A stretch of DNA of 64,000 nucleotides, taken from NCBI GenBank assembly GCA_910577815.1, contig CAJTNO010000002.1, positions 192,985 through 256,984 on the forward strand, given 5' to 3'. Below are positions 1 to 9,630 of the stretch, piece after piece. This DNA is from an uncultured Christensenella sp. (lineage in GTDB: Bacteria > Bacillota > Clostridia > Christensenellales > CAG-917). The notes under the pieces were generated by a model, which was not told the origin of the DNA, did not search any database, and worked only from the letters and a program-made list of their open reading frames with translations. Every line of letters starts with the position of its first letter. The first letter of the stretch is position 1. The position numbers and the translations under genes were made by a program.

Positions 1-76
1 GATAACTCAAAACACAAATCGTATCCGAAAACATTGTTACGTTTAGCGTCTTTATCATTTATAATGCTTTTGCGGC

Positions 77-105
77 TTGCTAAAGTTTGATAATTGCATT
101 ATAAT
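77..105 (+). promoter_or_regulatory. candidate sigma-A promoter for rqcP-ispDF
   Basis: TTGCTA (77-82), 17-nt spacer, TATAAT (100-105), just upstream of the AAGGTGA RBS and ATG at 132. Confidence 0.4.
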
Positions 106-131
106 CCGTAATATAACGCACAAGGTGAAAT

Positions 132-389
132 ATGAGAATAGACAAGTTTTTAAAGATATCGAGAGTTATAAAAAGGCGCACCGTAGCGCAGGAGGCGTGC
201 GATGGCGGACGCATAGAGATAAACGGAAAAACGGCAAAGCCGTCCAAGGAGGTACACGTAGGCGACGTGGTAACCGTCACCTTCGGCAACCGGGCTATGA
301 CCTTCGAGGTGCTGTCCGTAGACGAACGCCAGACAAAGCAGAGCGCAGACACTATGTACAAAATCTGCGATGAAAACCAAGTATTATGA
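132..389 (+). CDS. rqcP: S4-domain RNA-binding protein, YabO/RqcP-like (ribosome quality control)
   Basis: 85 aa. N-terminus MRIDKFLKISRVIKRRTVAQEACDGGRIEINGKTAKPS closely resembles B. subtilis YabO as I recall it. AAGGTGA RBS. Stop overlaps the ispDF start (ATGA). Confidence 0.8.
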   Translation: MRIDKFLKISRVIKRRTVAQEACDGGRIEINGKTAKPSKEVHVGDVVTVTFGNRAMTFEVLSVDERQTKQSADTMYKICDENQVL

Positions 390-1522
390 AATCTAAAATA
401 AACGTAATAATAACAGCGGGCGGACAAAGTCAGCGCTACGGCACAAAAAACAAGCTCTTTGAAAAATGCGGAGCTTCCTGCGTGCTTGTAGAAGCTATAA
501 AGCCGTTTTTGCATATAGACGGAATTACAAGAGCGATAATAGGCATAGAAACCTCATATGCGGACGAGCTTGCGCGCGAGCTTGACCTTGCGGGGCTATC
601 GGAGGACAGGCGCATAAAATTCTGTACGGGCGGCAAATCGCGCACCCAAACCGTAAGAAACGCGCTGTCGGCAATAGAGGACGACGCAGATATAGTGCTT
701 ATACACGACGGAGCGCGTCCATACGTAAAGCCGCAAACGATAAACGAGGTAATAGAAAAAACCGTAGTCTGCGGAGCCGCCCTGCCCTTGCTTCCGCTCA
801 CCGACGCTATAGTAAACGTCACAGAGGGCGTAAAGCCGGAGGACAGAGAAAACTACAGACGTGTGCAAACTCCCTTCGGAGTGAAAAAAGAGATTTTTGT
901 AAACGCTTATCAGAACGTGCAATCGGCGTTTTATGACGATTTAAGCGCAGTTAAACAAGTTTATTCGGGCGAAATCGGAATTATCGAAGGCGATAAGGAC
1001 AATATAAAAATCACCTATAGCGGAGATATAAAAGCCAACGACTGCGAATTTTTAACAGGCTGCGGCTACGATATACACCGCCTTGCCGACGGAAGCGGAA
1101 TAAAGCTGCTCGGAGTGCGCGTCCCCTGCCCCTATTCGTTTATAGCGCACAGCGACGGCGACGTACCCATACACGCGGTTATGGACGCGGTTTTGTCCGC
1201 GCTCGGACAAAAGGATATAGGACATATGTTTCCCGTTGACGACCCAAAATACGACAATGCCGACAGCGTAGAGCTGCTGCTGAGAGTTCTGTCCGTAGCG
1301 CGCGAAAAGGGATACTCAATATTCAATATGTCCGTTTCTATTATAGCCGAGCGACCTATGCTGTCCGAATATATCGACCAAATGCAGGCTAATATGTCCA
1401 ATCTGCTTGGGATTTCCGCCGAACGCATAGGTATTTCGGCAACGACCAACGAAAAAGTGGGCGACATAGGCGACGGAATGGCTATCGCCGCATATGCTTC
1501 GGTTTTGTTAAAGAAATTTTAA
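386..1522 (+). CDS. ispDF: bifunctional 2-C-methyl-D-erythritol 4-phosphate cytidylyltransferase / MEcPP synthase (IspD-IspF fusion)
   Basis: The N-terminal half has IspD-like VIITAGGQSQRYG and IHDGARP motifs. The C-terminal half has IspF-like GYDIHRL and HSDGDVPIHAVMDAVLSALGQKDIGHMFP. Confidence 0.9.
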   Translation: MKSKINVIITAGGQSQRYGTKNKLFEKCGASCVLVEAIKPFLHIDGITRAIIGIETSYADELARELDLAGLSEDRRIKFCTGGKSRTQTVRNALSAIEDDADIVLIHDGARPYVKPQTINEVIEKTVVCGAALPLLPLTDAIVNVTEGVKPEDRENYRRVQTPFGVKKEIFVNAYQNVQSAFYDDLSAVKQVYSGEIGIIEGDKDNIKITYSGDIKANDCEFLTGCGYDIHRLADGSGIKLLGVRVPCPYSFIAHSDGDVPIHAVMDAVLSALGQKDIGHMFPVDDPKYDNADSVELLLRVLSVAREKGYSIFNMSVSIIAERPMLSEYIDQMQANMSNLLGISAERIGISATTNEKVGDIGDGMAIAAYASVLLKKF

Positions 1523-1586
1523 TATGCTGAAAGCATTAAATACTTAAAGTATAAAGTCTTATATTAAATAAAATAATAACAATATA

Positions 1587-1608
1587 AAAGCGTCCTTTCG
1601 GACGCTTT
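1587..1608. terminator. bidirectional rho-independent terminator between the convergent ispDF and XRE-cupin genes
   Basis: Hairpin aaagcgtcc-tttc-ggacgcttt flanked by A/T runs on both sides. Confidence 0.7.
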
Positions 1609-1610
1609 AT

Positions 1611-2159
1611 TTATTCGGTTATAACGGTTAAAAACTTAGCTGTGTTTCCGTCCATAGGCACCTGAGCGTGAGGATAGGCAGGATTGAAGTACAGGCTGTC
1701 GCCCGCTCTTAGGAAATATTCCTTATCTCCTACTATTACGCGCAGCTTGCCTTCCAAAACAAAATTGAATTCCTGTCCGCTGTGAACGACAAGCTCCGGA
1801 GTGTCGGTGGGAGATAGCGTTACAAGCATCGGGTTCATAGTCTTATGCTTGAAGTCGGGTGCGAGCGGCGTAAATACGTAGCCCTCGTAGCGCTCCACGT
1901 TTAAGCCCGCGCCGCCGTAAACCACAACCGCGTCATCCTTAGTTGGCATAGAGCCTCTGAGAATATACATAGGCTCGGAATCCACCACGCTTGCAAACTT
2001 GTATATAAGGTTTATAGGTATTTCACCCTTGCCGCTTTCAAAGCTGATATATTCGTTTTCGCCTATGCCGAGCAGCTCCGCCATCTGAGCGGTAGTATAA
2101 TCGGAAAAGGTGCGCAGCTCCGCCAAGCGTCCTGCAATGGATTGAATATCCTTTGACAT
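1611..2159 (-). CDS. XRE-family HTH transcriptional regulator with C-terminal cupin domain
   Basis: 182 aa. N-terminal HTH-like segment (YTTAQMAELLGIGENEYISFESGKGEIPINLIYKFASV). C-terminal beta-barrel-like segment (HSGQEFNFVLEGKLRV...GDSLYFNPAYPH). Confidence 0.8.
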   Translation of the reverse strand: MSKDIQSIAGRLAELRTFSDYTTAQMAELLGIGENEYISFESGKGEIPINLIYKFASVVDSEPMYILRGSMPTKDDAVVVYGGAGLNVERYEGYVFTPLAPDFKHKTMNPMLVTLSPTDTPELVVHSGQEFNFVLEGKLRVIVGDKEYFLRAGDSLYFNPAYPHAQVPMDGNTAKFLTVITE

Positions 2160-2198
2160 ATGCCCCCCTGTCGCGCCCGAAGGCGCATCATCTTACGT

Positions 2199-2227
2199 GC
2201 AAAATCAAGCTGTAGCCTCGGCTACAG
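2199..2227 (-). terminator. putative terminator/attenuator between the DUF1858 gene and the XRE-cupin gene
   Basis: 8-bp stem ctgtagcc/ggctacag (2210-2227) followed on the minus strand by a T-rich tract. Confidence 0.4.
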
Positions 2228-2267
2228 TTTATGTCAAACTGCCCGTAACGCAACTAATATGCCGATA

Positions 2268-2465
2268 TTATTGAATAACCGCGTTAAGTCTTTCTACAAG
2301 CTTATCGACGTCAATACCGTGTACGCCTGCCGCTTCCTCCAGCGTTTCGCCGTGTGCAAGCGTGCAGTGCAGGCAGTGCATTCCGCTCTCCATAAGCACC
2401 TCCGCAAGCTTATCCGGGTCGCCCTGATGCAAAATATCGATTACGAGCATATCTTTTGAAATCAT
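2268..2465 (-). CDS. DUF1858-like small redox-disulfide domain protein
   Basis: 65 aa. MHCLHCTLAHGETLEEAAGVHGIDVDKLVERLN matches the CxxC plus helical pattern of DUF1858 / hybrid-cluster-associated proteins. ACGGAGG RBS. Confidence 0.65.
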   Translation of the reverse strand: MISKDMLVIDILHQGDPDKLAEVLMESGMHCLHCTLAHGETLEEAAGVHGIDVDKLVERLNAVIQ

Positions 2466-2520
2466 AGTATTTACCTCCGTGTGCGCATACGCGCGCGCAT
2501 TTATTTATTTTAATAAGTAT

Positions 2521-2549
2521 ATTATATACTAATCAATAAATAATATCAA
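2521..2549 (-). promoter_or_regulatory. candidate sigma-A promoter for the DUF1858 gene
   Basis: Minus strand reads TTGATA (2549-2544), 17-nt spacer, TATAAT (2526-2521). Confidence 0.4.
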
Positions 2550-2627
2550 CACATAATCAATCAACTTTGTGCGATAAAAAAAGCATTAGTCACACCGTAC
2601 TGTGTCTATTTTGATAATTCGTATTAT

Positions 2628-2661
2628 AAAAACGGCATCCGCCCTTGCGGATGCCGTTTTT
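2628..2661 (-). terminator. rho-independent terminator of the giant gene
   Basis: Perfect 15-bp stem aaaaacggcatccgc / gcggatgccgttttt with a 4-nt loop, 16 nt past the TAA at 2677-2679. Confidence 0.85.
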
Positions 2662-2676
2662 GATACCTAAGGTATT

Positions 2677-5600
2677 TTAGTTTTTAGTGAGCGTTACCAT
2701 CGAGCTGATATAGAACTGAGCAAGCGGTATTGTCTGACCTTTATCCACAGCCGTCTTCGAAGACGTTGCGGCGGTCGTAGCAAGCAGACTTCCGTTTACG
2801 TCAACAACCGTGCTTACCGCGGCGTACAGTCTGTATCTGACTCTCCTTATTCCCTGTGTGGGCAACTCAACCGTATCATTGTTTGATGTAAATATAACGG
2901 GGTATGTCGCCTCTATGGCAGTAGTGCTTCCCACTCTGTAAATGTCCGCCTTGCCGTACCAGGCAATCTTAACCTTGTTGCCGTTGTAGGTATAGCTTGT
3001 GGGCAGAGTATCGCGCCAGCCGCTTGTGCTTACGTCGAGGTCAGTCAGCGTAACGCCGCTTACGGCAAAGGACGACTTGATTGTTACAGGAACGGTTATG
3101 CGCTGCTGCGACCTGATTTGGATAGTTGCGTTATACGAGCTGTCCGGTGTGGTTATTCCGCTCGAGCCGATGTTCCACTTAAGTCCCGCAGGCATAGATA
3201 CGATGACGTGCCTGAACAGCGTTGCGGCGGAATCCGCCTGAGTCGTTGTAGCCGACCAGGTTATATCGCCCGTAGACGCGTTGTAGGTAGGAGTCTGAAC
3301 ACGGAACGTCACATTATAGGAAGACGGCAGCGACAGCGTATTTCCGTTGTTCGGGTCAACCTGGAAGTTGGCGGGAATGGTAAACGTTGTGTTGGTAAAC
3401 GCATTGCCGTCATTGTTGACATACGCATTGAAGGAGACGCCCGAGGTATTGCTCATAATGTGATGCACGTATCTTCTGTCCACCAGGAAGGGGATATCGT
3501 AGGACTGCGTCGAGCCGTCCGCGCCCGTAAGGTTTGCGGTGACGAATATCACGCCGCCCTCGTAGGTGGGACGGAACTTGTTATACGACCAGGACAGCAC
3601 GCCCGCATAGTCAGCGTCGGAGTTTGAAACTCCTCTCTCATAGAAGTTTACCGCCTTGTTGCCCGCAGTATATAGTCTTAATACGTTGGGCATTTCGGGA
3701 AGCTTGTAATCGTAGGCGTTGATATAAGTCTTGCTTGTCGCGTTGGCATATCCCTTAAGACCGTTGAGCTCCGAATTTGTCGCCATACCGGTTATAGTTC
3801 TGTCCGAAACGACTACTTCCACTCTTACGCGCTGTACGCCGAGGCTGTTGGTGTAACCCTCAACGCCGTAATCGAACTCGCCGTTTGCATTGATAACCGC
3901 ATAGGCATAGAACGTACCGCCCGCATACGAGAAGTTTACGCCGCTCATATCCCACTCTATAGGCACTCTGACGGAGGACGTCGCTCCCTCGCCCGTGATA
4001 TAGATATAATTCGGGAAGTAGGTGTACTCGCCAAGCTCCTGATAAGTCAGCTCGATGTACTGATTGCCGACCTTCTTATAGGTTCCGTTTACGTTGTCCT
4101 CGACAAACGTGACGCCGTCAACGAGCTTTGTATATTTGGTACCCTTGTACATATTGCTGCCCGACCTATCAAACGCGTTGCCGTTTGCAAACGGGTCTAT
4201 CACAAAGCGGTTATTGACTTTGTCGTAGAACTTGCCGTGATTTGCGGTAAGACTGCTGCCGAAGCCAAAGGACTGCATCTTGCCGCTCTCGACGCGAGTT
4301 ATTACCTCGAGAGTGGACTTGAAGCCGTTAACCTTGCTGCTTACGTTCGCCTTAACGGGAACGTTTCCGCCTCTGTAGCCGAAGGACGCGCCGGAGGTAT
4401 CCCAATCTGCGGACAGACTCTGAGTGGTCACGTAAACGAAGATGTAGAGGTCGTTGCCGTTTACATCCTTATACGTATGCTCGTCGGAGTCGTAGGCGAC
4501 TGCGCCGGTATATCTGAAGTAAGCTCTGTTAGTCCTGTTGTAGCTGTAGAACTTGCCGAAGCTAACGTCGCCCTCGCGGAAGGTTCCGCCGTACACGGTG
4601 TACATAGCGTGACGCTTAGTCCAGTTGGCGTCGTAGATTGTGGTTTCGCCAAAGGTTCTGCCCTCGTTCCACCAATTTTCCGCGCTTATGAACTGACCGC
4701 CTACGTAATAGGTGATTTCGTTTGCGTAGTTGTTCTTGTTGAACAGGTTCTGCGCGCCGTTCTCCTCGCCGTAAGGCGCGAAGCTGTACTTGTAATCGCC
4801 AACCGACATATCCGTATAGGTTGCGTCGGAGTTGTATACCGTAAGCGCGGATGCGCGGATGACAAACTCGATTGTGAACGGCTCCATAATCTCGAAGCTG
4901 TCCTTTCTGCCCGGAGTACCGTTCCATACGTGCGCCGTAACGTTCTTTCTGAGCGTCTTGGCTTCCTCGAGCATATCGAAGGTAGGCACGTTATCGAAGG
5001 TGATGAAATACGTGCTTACGTCGCCGTTGGTGAAGGACAGTCTGATTTGAGTGGGCAGACCCGCCTCGCCTACGTAAGAATACTTGTTGTAGAACACAAT
5101 CTGAGTGGGCAAGCCCGTGGAGTTGCTCTTGACGATATCGAGGTATCTTCCGTCGTTGCGCTCGCCGAAGGAGTCTACGCCGACGAGAGTTCTCGTAGTC
5201 GTGGAGAAGCGTTTTTCTACGTACAGCTCCTCAACCGCCTTGGTGAGCACAAGCTCGGACGATTCGATATTTCTGTCAAGCACCGTAACGGGCAGGTTGA
5301 AGCGCTGCTCGACGCGGCGGTATACGGTCCTGTCGCACACGAATTCGTCGTTGCCAGTGAGCGCCTTCATATAGCTTACGTATTCCTCGACAGTGACGTA
5401 TTTTGCATTGTCGGCATCGTCGTCGGTGATATCGGCGTAAACGTGAGTGCCGTTCGCGTCCTCTGCGTAAACGATAGCCGTAGCCATAAACTTGAGCGGG
5501 TCGCCTGCGGTCGGGTCTTTCTTTTTGAGCTTCTCAACCATTTCGTTGAGCTTAGACCAATCGAAGTACGCCGCAAAGGTGTTTTCCGTCATACCGTAGT

Positions 5601-8600
5601 CAAGACGGGTTACAATGTGCAGGTCGTTTGCAAGATGGCTTACGTCGGAGTGAATGAACGGGTCGATTATTATGGAGCGATATTCGTGTTCGCCCATATA
5701 GAATACCGTTCTGTCAACCACGTATACGGAGATTACGCCGCCGTCGACGGGCTGCTCCATACCGGGATAGGTATAATTTACTCTTACGTTGTAGGTCTTA
5801 CCGAAGAATCTGCTGATATTTGCATAGAACTCCGCGTCGGACTTGATACCCGAACCCGCATAGATGTCGGAGAGCGAGTAATTGGCAACTATTTTTGCCG
5901 TTCCGCCGTTCAACAGGCTTACGTCAACAAGGTCGCCGCTTGCAAAGAAGCTGCTCTCCCTTCCGTACGGGTCGAGAGTAAAGCTGTTGCCCGCGCTGAG
6001 TCCGCTTATGCTTACGTCGTCCACCGTAACAGCGACGTCAAAGCTTGCGCTGAGATATTCGCTTGTTATGGTAAGTCTGACGTTCTTCTCCGCAAATCCG
6101 TTAAGTCCGTAAACAACGTCCCAGTTAAGGTCTACGTCTATGCGCTTGTCGCCGACTGCAAGAACGCTCTTTTGCGGCAAGCCGAGATGGAATATATCCG
6201 ACGTGAGACGGTATCTCAGGCTGCCGTATGCGTTGTTGATAAATCCGTAGGTTTCCTCAAGCGTGAACGCGTTGTTGATGACGAATTCCTGCTCGTAAAC
6301 CTTATTGTCGTCGTCTCCGAACAGCAGCTTGAAGTGTCTTGTAAACTTGCCTGCCGCAATTTCGTCGGAGGTGGGATTGCTCCAATCCGTCCAGCGGATA
6401 GGCACTCCCGTAATCGGAGCAGCTTCGCCGTCCACGGAAACGGTAGCAGTGTTAGGTACTCTGAATTCGCCGAACAGGTCGTAAACCGTACGGTTTTCAA
6501 CCTCGACGAAGGTGCCGTTCTCGCCGTAGCCGTCTATATAGATACGCGCGGTAAAGCTTCCCTCGCTCGGATAACGGATAGTCATATCGTCAAAGAAGTA
6601 GTACTGTCTTTCAACATATTTTCTGTCGCCGTCCGTCTTGATGTCAACGCCGTCGCGTATGGGCGAGCTTGCGTCCACCCAGTTAATCCTTACATCGAGA
6701 GGCTCTTTGCCCTCCTTGGTGATGAACGTTCCGTTTTCGGGCATCGTCCAGGGCTTGCGTACGTTGTAGTTGAACGTGAGCGCGTTTTCGCCCGTGCCTC
6801 CGACCGTGCCTCCCGCGAACGCTATGGACGGAGTACCTGTCCAGCTTTCGTCCACTCCCGCGAACTCATAGTTGGGCACGCGTACTCTGAAGGATACGGT
6901 TGCGTTGCCGATATGAGCGTCGAGGGTGATAAATCCGCCCTTAATGCCGTAGGAGTCGGGAGTCGTGGTCCAGTCGCGTACATACGCGATATAGGACGTA
7001 CCCATTTCGCCCGCCGTCATCTTTACGAACTTACCTGTTGCGGAATCATACTTATGGTCGCCGTCGGGGTTGGAGATATACTGTCCTGCCTCGTCCTTGG
7101 CGGGCTCGCCGTTTTCGCCGACGAAGTAGCGCGCGCCTTCCCAGGTACCCTTTACAAGGTTGACGAGAACAGCAACGCTCTCAAACGGATTGCCCCATCT
7201 CTCGCTTGTGCGGAAATATGCGTCGGGGTTGGTTGCGAAATTGATTGGGTCGATGCCGTAGCCCAAATCGCCAATCTTATGCGTCTGAGCGTAAACCGCG
7301 CCGGTGTACTTGCTGACGTCGAATATCTCGCCGCTGTCGATGAGGTCCTGCTGCCTGTCGGAGCTGAGCGCATAGATGTCGCCGATAGCCTCGTCGTAGA
7401 AGAAGTTGATAGAGGATATCTCCTGCTTTTCGACGTTGAGTCGCAGGACTATATCCTGAGCCTCGTAAACTATGTTGCCGTCCTCGTCGTAAATGATATT
7501 GCCGTCCTTGTCCTTGGCTATTGCAAGAGCTACGTTCTTATCGCCCTCTTTTACATATGCCTTGACCTTTGCAAATATCGTGCCGCCCGCGTAAATATTC
7601 TGCTCGTTTGCAAGAGTCGTGCAAGCCGCGGTGGTATAGTACTTGAGCGTGGTCCAGTCGGGATACATAGTGTGCTTTACTCTGCCGAAGGCTACGTCGA
7701 AGCTCTCGTATGCCTCGCCCTCGAACCAGTAGGGATTGAAGGTATCCTCGTGCGCGACGTTGACCGCCTGCTGCGAGGGCTTGACCTCGTTGATAGCAAT
7801 CTGCTCGTAAACTCTCTGAATACCTGTATATTCGGTACCAATCTCGAAGCAAGCGTACAGCGGATAGCTTCCGGAATAGCCGTTATAGCTGATGTCGCCT
7901 TCCTTAATGGAATATACGCTGTTGTTGTAGGCGTCGAGATATGTGTACTTGCCCGCAGAGCCCGTACGGATGAGCGGAGCGGTTACCTTGACGTCAGTGC
8001 CTACGGTGAGGATTCTGTCCGACTTGGTGCCGTCAACGGTGCGTACTGTGATAGCGATGGTGCTGCCCTCGGGATAGAGCGCGTCGCCGCTTAAGCGGTA
8101 CGCATTGTACGGGTCGTAAACGACGTCGTTATTGAACTCTCTTAAGGTATAGGAGTTTACCACGATTTCTACGGGAACCGCCTGCGCGATGTATCCGGAA
8201 TTTGCATACTTGGAGTCCGTAGAATAGTCGCTGCCGACAAATCCGTACTTGCCTCCGTTAGCGTTAAGCACCTTGAATACGTCGCCGCCGACATATGCCG
8301 TAACGGTAACCTTTATACCCTTATAGTAGTCTACCTGTCCGTTCTCGTCGGTAATAGCCTCCATAGCCTTTTCAAGCTCGCTCAAATCCCACTTTACGGT
8401 GTAATCGTTAAACTTGGAATTGCTTGTCCACTTACCGTTGAGCTTGGTAAAGGATTTGATGTAATTTGTCAGGCTGAACTTGCTGCCCGAGGTAATCATA
8501 TCCGCATTGAACTTCATCGGGTCGAGCGTCAGACGCGAGGCATATGAACCGTCGCTGTTTGCGGTAACGGTCAGCTTTGTTTCCTCGCCGTTTCTCACTA

Positions 8601-9630
8601 TTCCGCTTACGCTCTGAACCTTATAGTTTGCCGCGTTTACGTTTATAGAACCCGTTGCCTCTGCCGCAAAGCCCCACTGATAGGTGAAGCGTACGTTTAT
8701 TGTCGAGCTGTTGTCGCCCGTGCCGCCCTGCCAGTCATAGGAGAAGTCGTCGGTATTCCAGCTAATAGTACCTGCGGGGAAGTTTTTGCCCGTCGGCAAA
8801 TATCTCGTGTCAAGCACGTAATAATACGTATCGCTTTCCGCGTGATAGTACTTCACATAGCCTTCGCTGTCGATACTGTAGGGATAGCCTCCCGAGGTCC
8901 AGTTAGACGTCACCGTAGTATAATGCCTGTTGGATTTGACGTTGACCAAGCCCGCGGTGTAGGCAGGAAGAACTCTGAGTCCGCCGTCGGAGTTTATCTG
9001 AACTCCCTTTATTTTGTAATAGCTACTCGAGGCAGACAGCTTCTCGCTTGTACCGATTACAGCCTGAGCCATCTGCTCTTTTTTATCTACCGTTTCGGTG
9101 CGATAAGTACCAAAGACTCTCGAACCGATGCTCGTGTCCTTAAACGTGATAAGCGCAAGGTCGGGCAGCTGCGAATTGAACTTATTGTTCGCCTCGTTGA
9201 TATTGAGCGTGATATCGGACTGCACGTAAGTATTTGCGTCGCCCTCCGCTCTCGTATACGACCTTACTCTGGTAACTGCCGCCGCGTCTGAGATATATAC
9301 GGGGATTGCATACATTACCGTATTGAGCGCGTAGCCGTACACATAACCCGCAAGCTTGGTCTTTCCGGGCTCCGCCGCCGTGTAGTCGACGGTGGACGCG
9401 TCCCAGACAAGCTGCGTTCCGCGAGCGTCGTTGTAAACAGAGGTCTGATAATAGCTGTGATACGGATTGCCCTTTGCAAACGTTACGTCCGCCATCTGCG
9501 GGAAGAGCGCGGGATTGCTGAAGGTGCTGTCGCGCATCTCAATAGCCTTGCCGTTGTTGCTGCCGCCTACAAGCGTACCCGACCTTCTTCCCGGGTCGGT
9601 AATCGTGATAGACGTAGGCGGAGTGATGTT
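2677..9630 (-). other. C-terminal ~2,300-aa array of Ig-like / Big_4-like beta-sandwich repeats
   Basis: Starts near ITPPTSITITDPGRRSG (~9625). Recurrent pattern ..LP..V.V......V.W(D/T)......Y..GG.....A.V....Q.V.V.V.V, for example VPIEWDMSGVNFSYAGGTFYAYAVI...GVQRVRVEVVVSDRTI. Confidence 0.55.

Noticed and set aside
80-514. 144-aa minus-strand ORF overlapping rqcP and the ispDF start
   Set aside because: It is antisense to two well-supported genes and has no motifs.
4237-8094. 1,285-aa plus-strand ORF, and other long plus-strand ORFs inside the giant gene: 9457-10596, 10942-12810, 13102-14418, 17545-19170, 20251-21531, 24820-26547, 27412-28263, 28783-29565
   Set aside because: Every one starts at a position congruent with 2677 modulo 3. 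They are the exact codon-aligned antisense frame of the giant gene. Such shadow ORFs arise when the sense strand avoids TTA, CTA and TCA codons. Their translations are low-complexity (V/A/R/G-rich) with no RBS or motifs.
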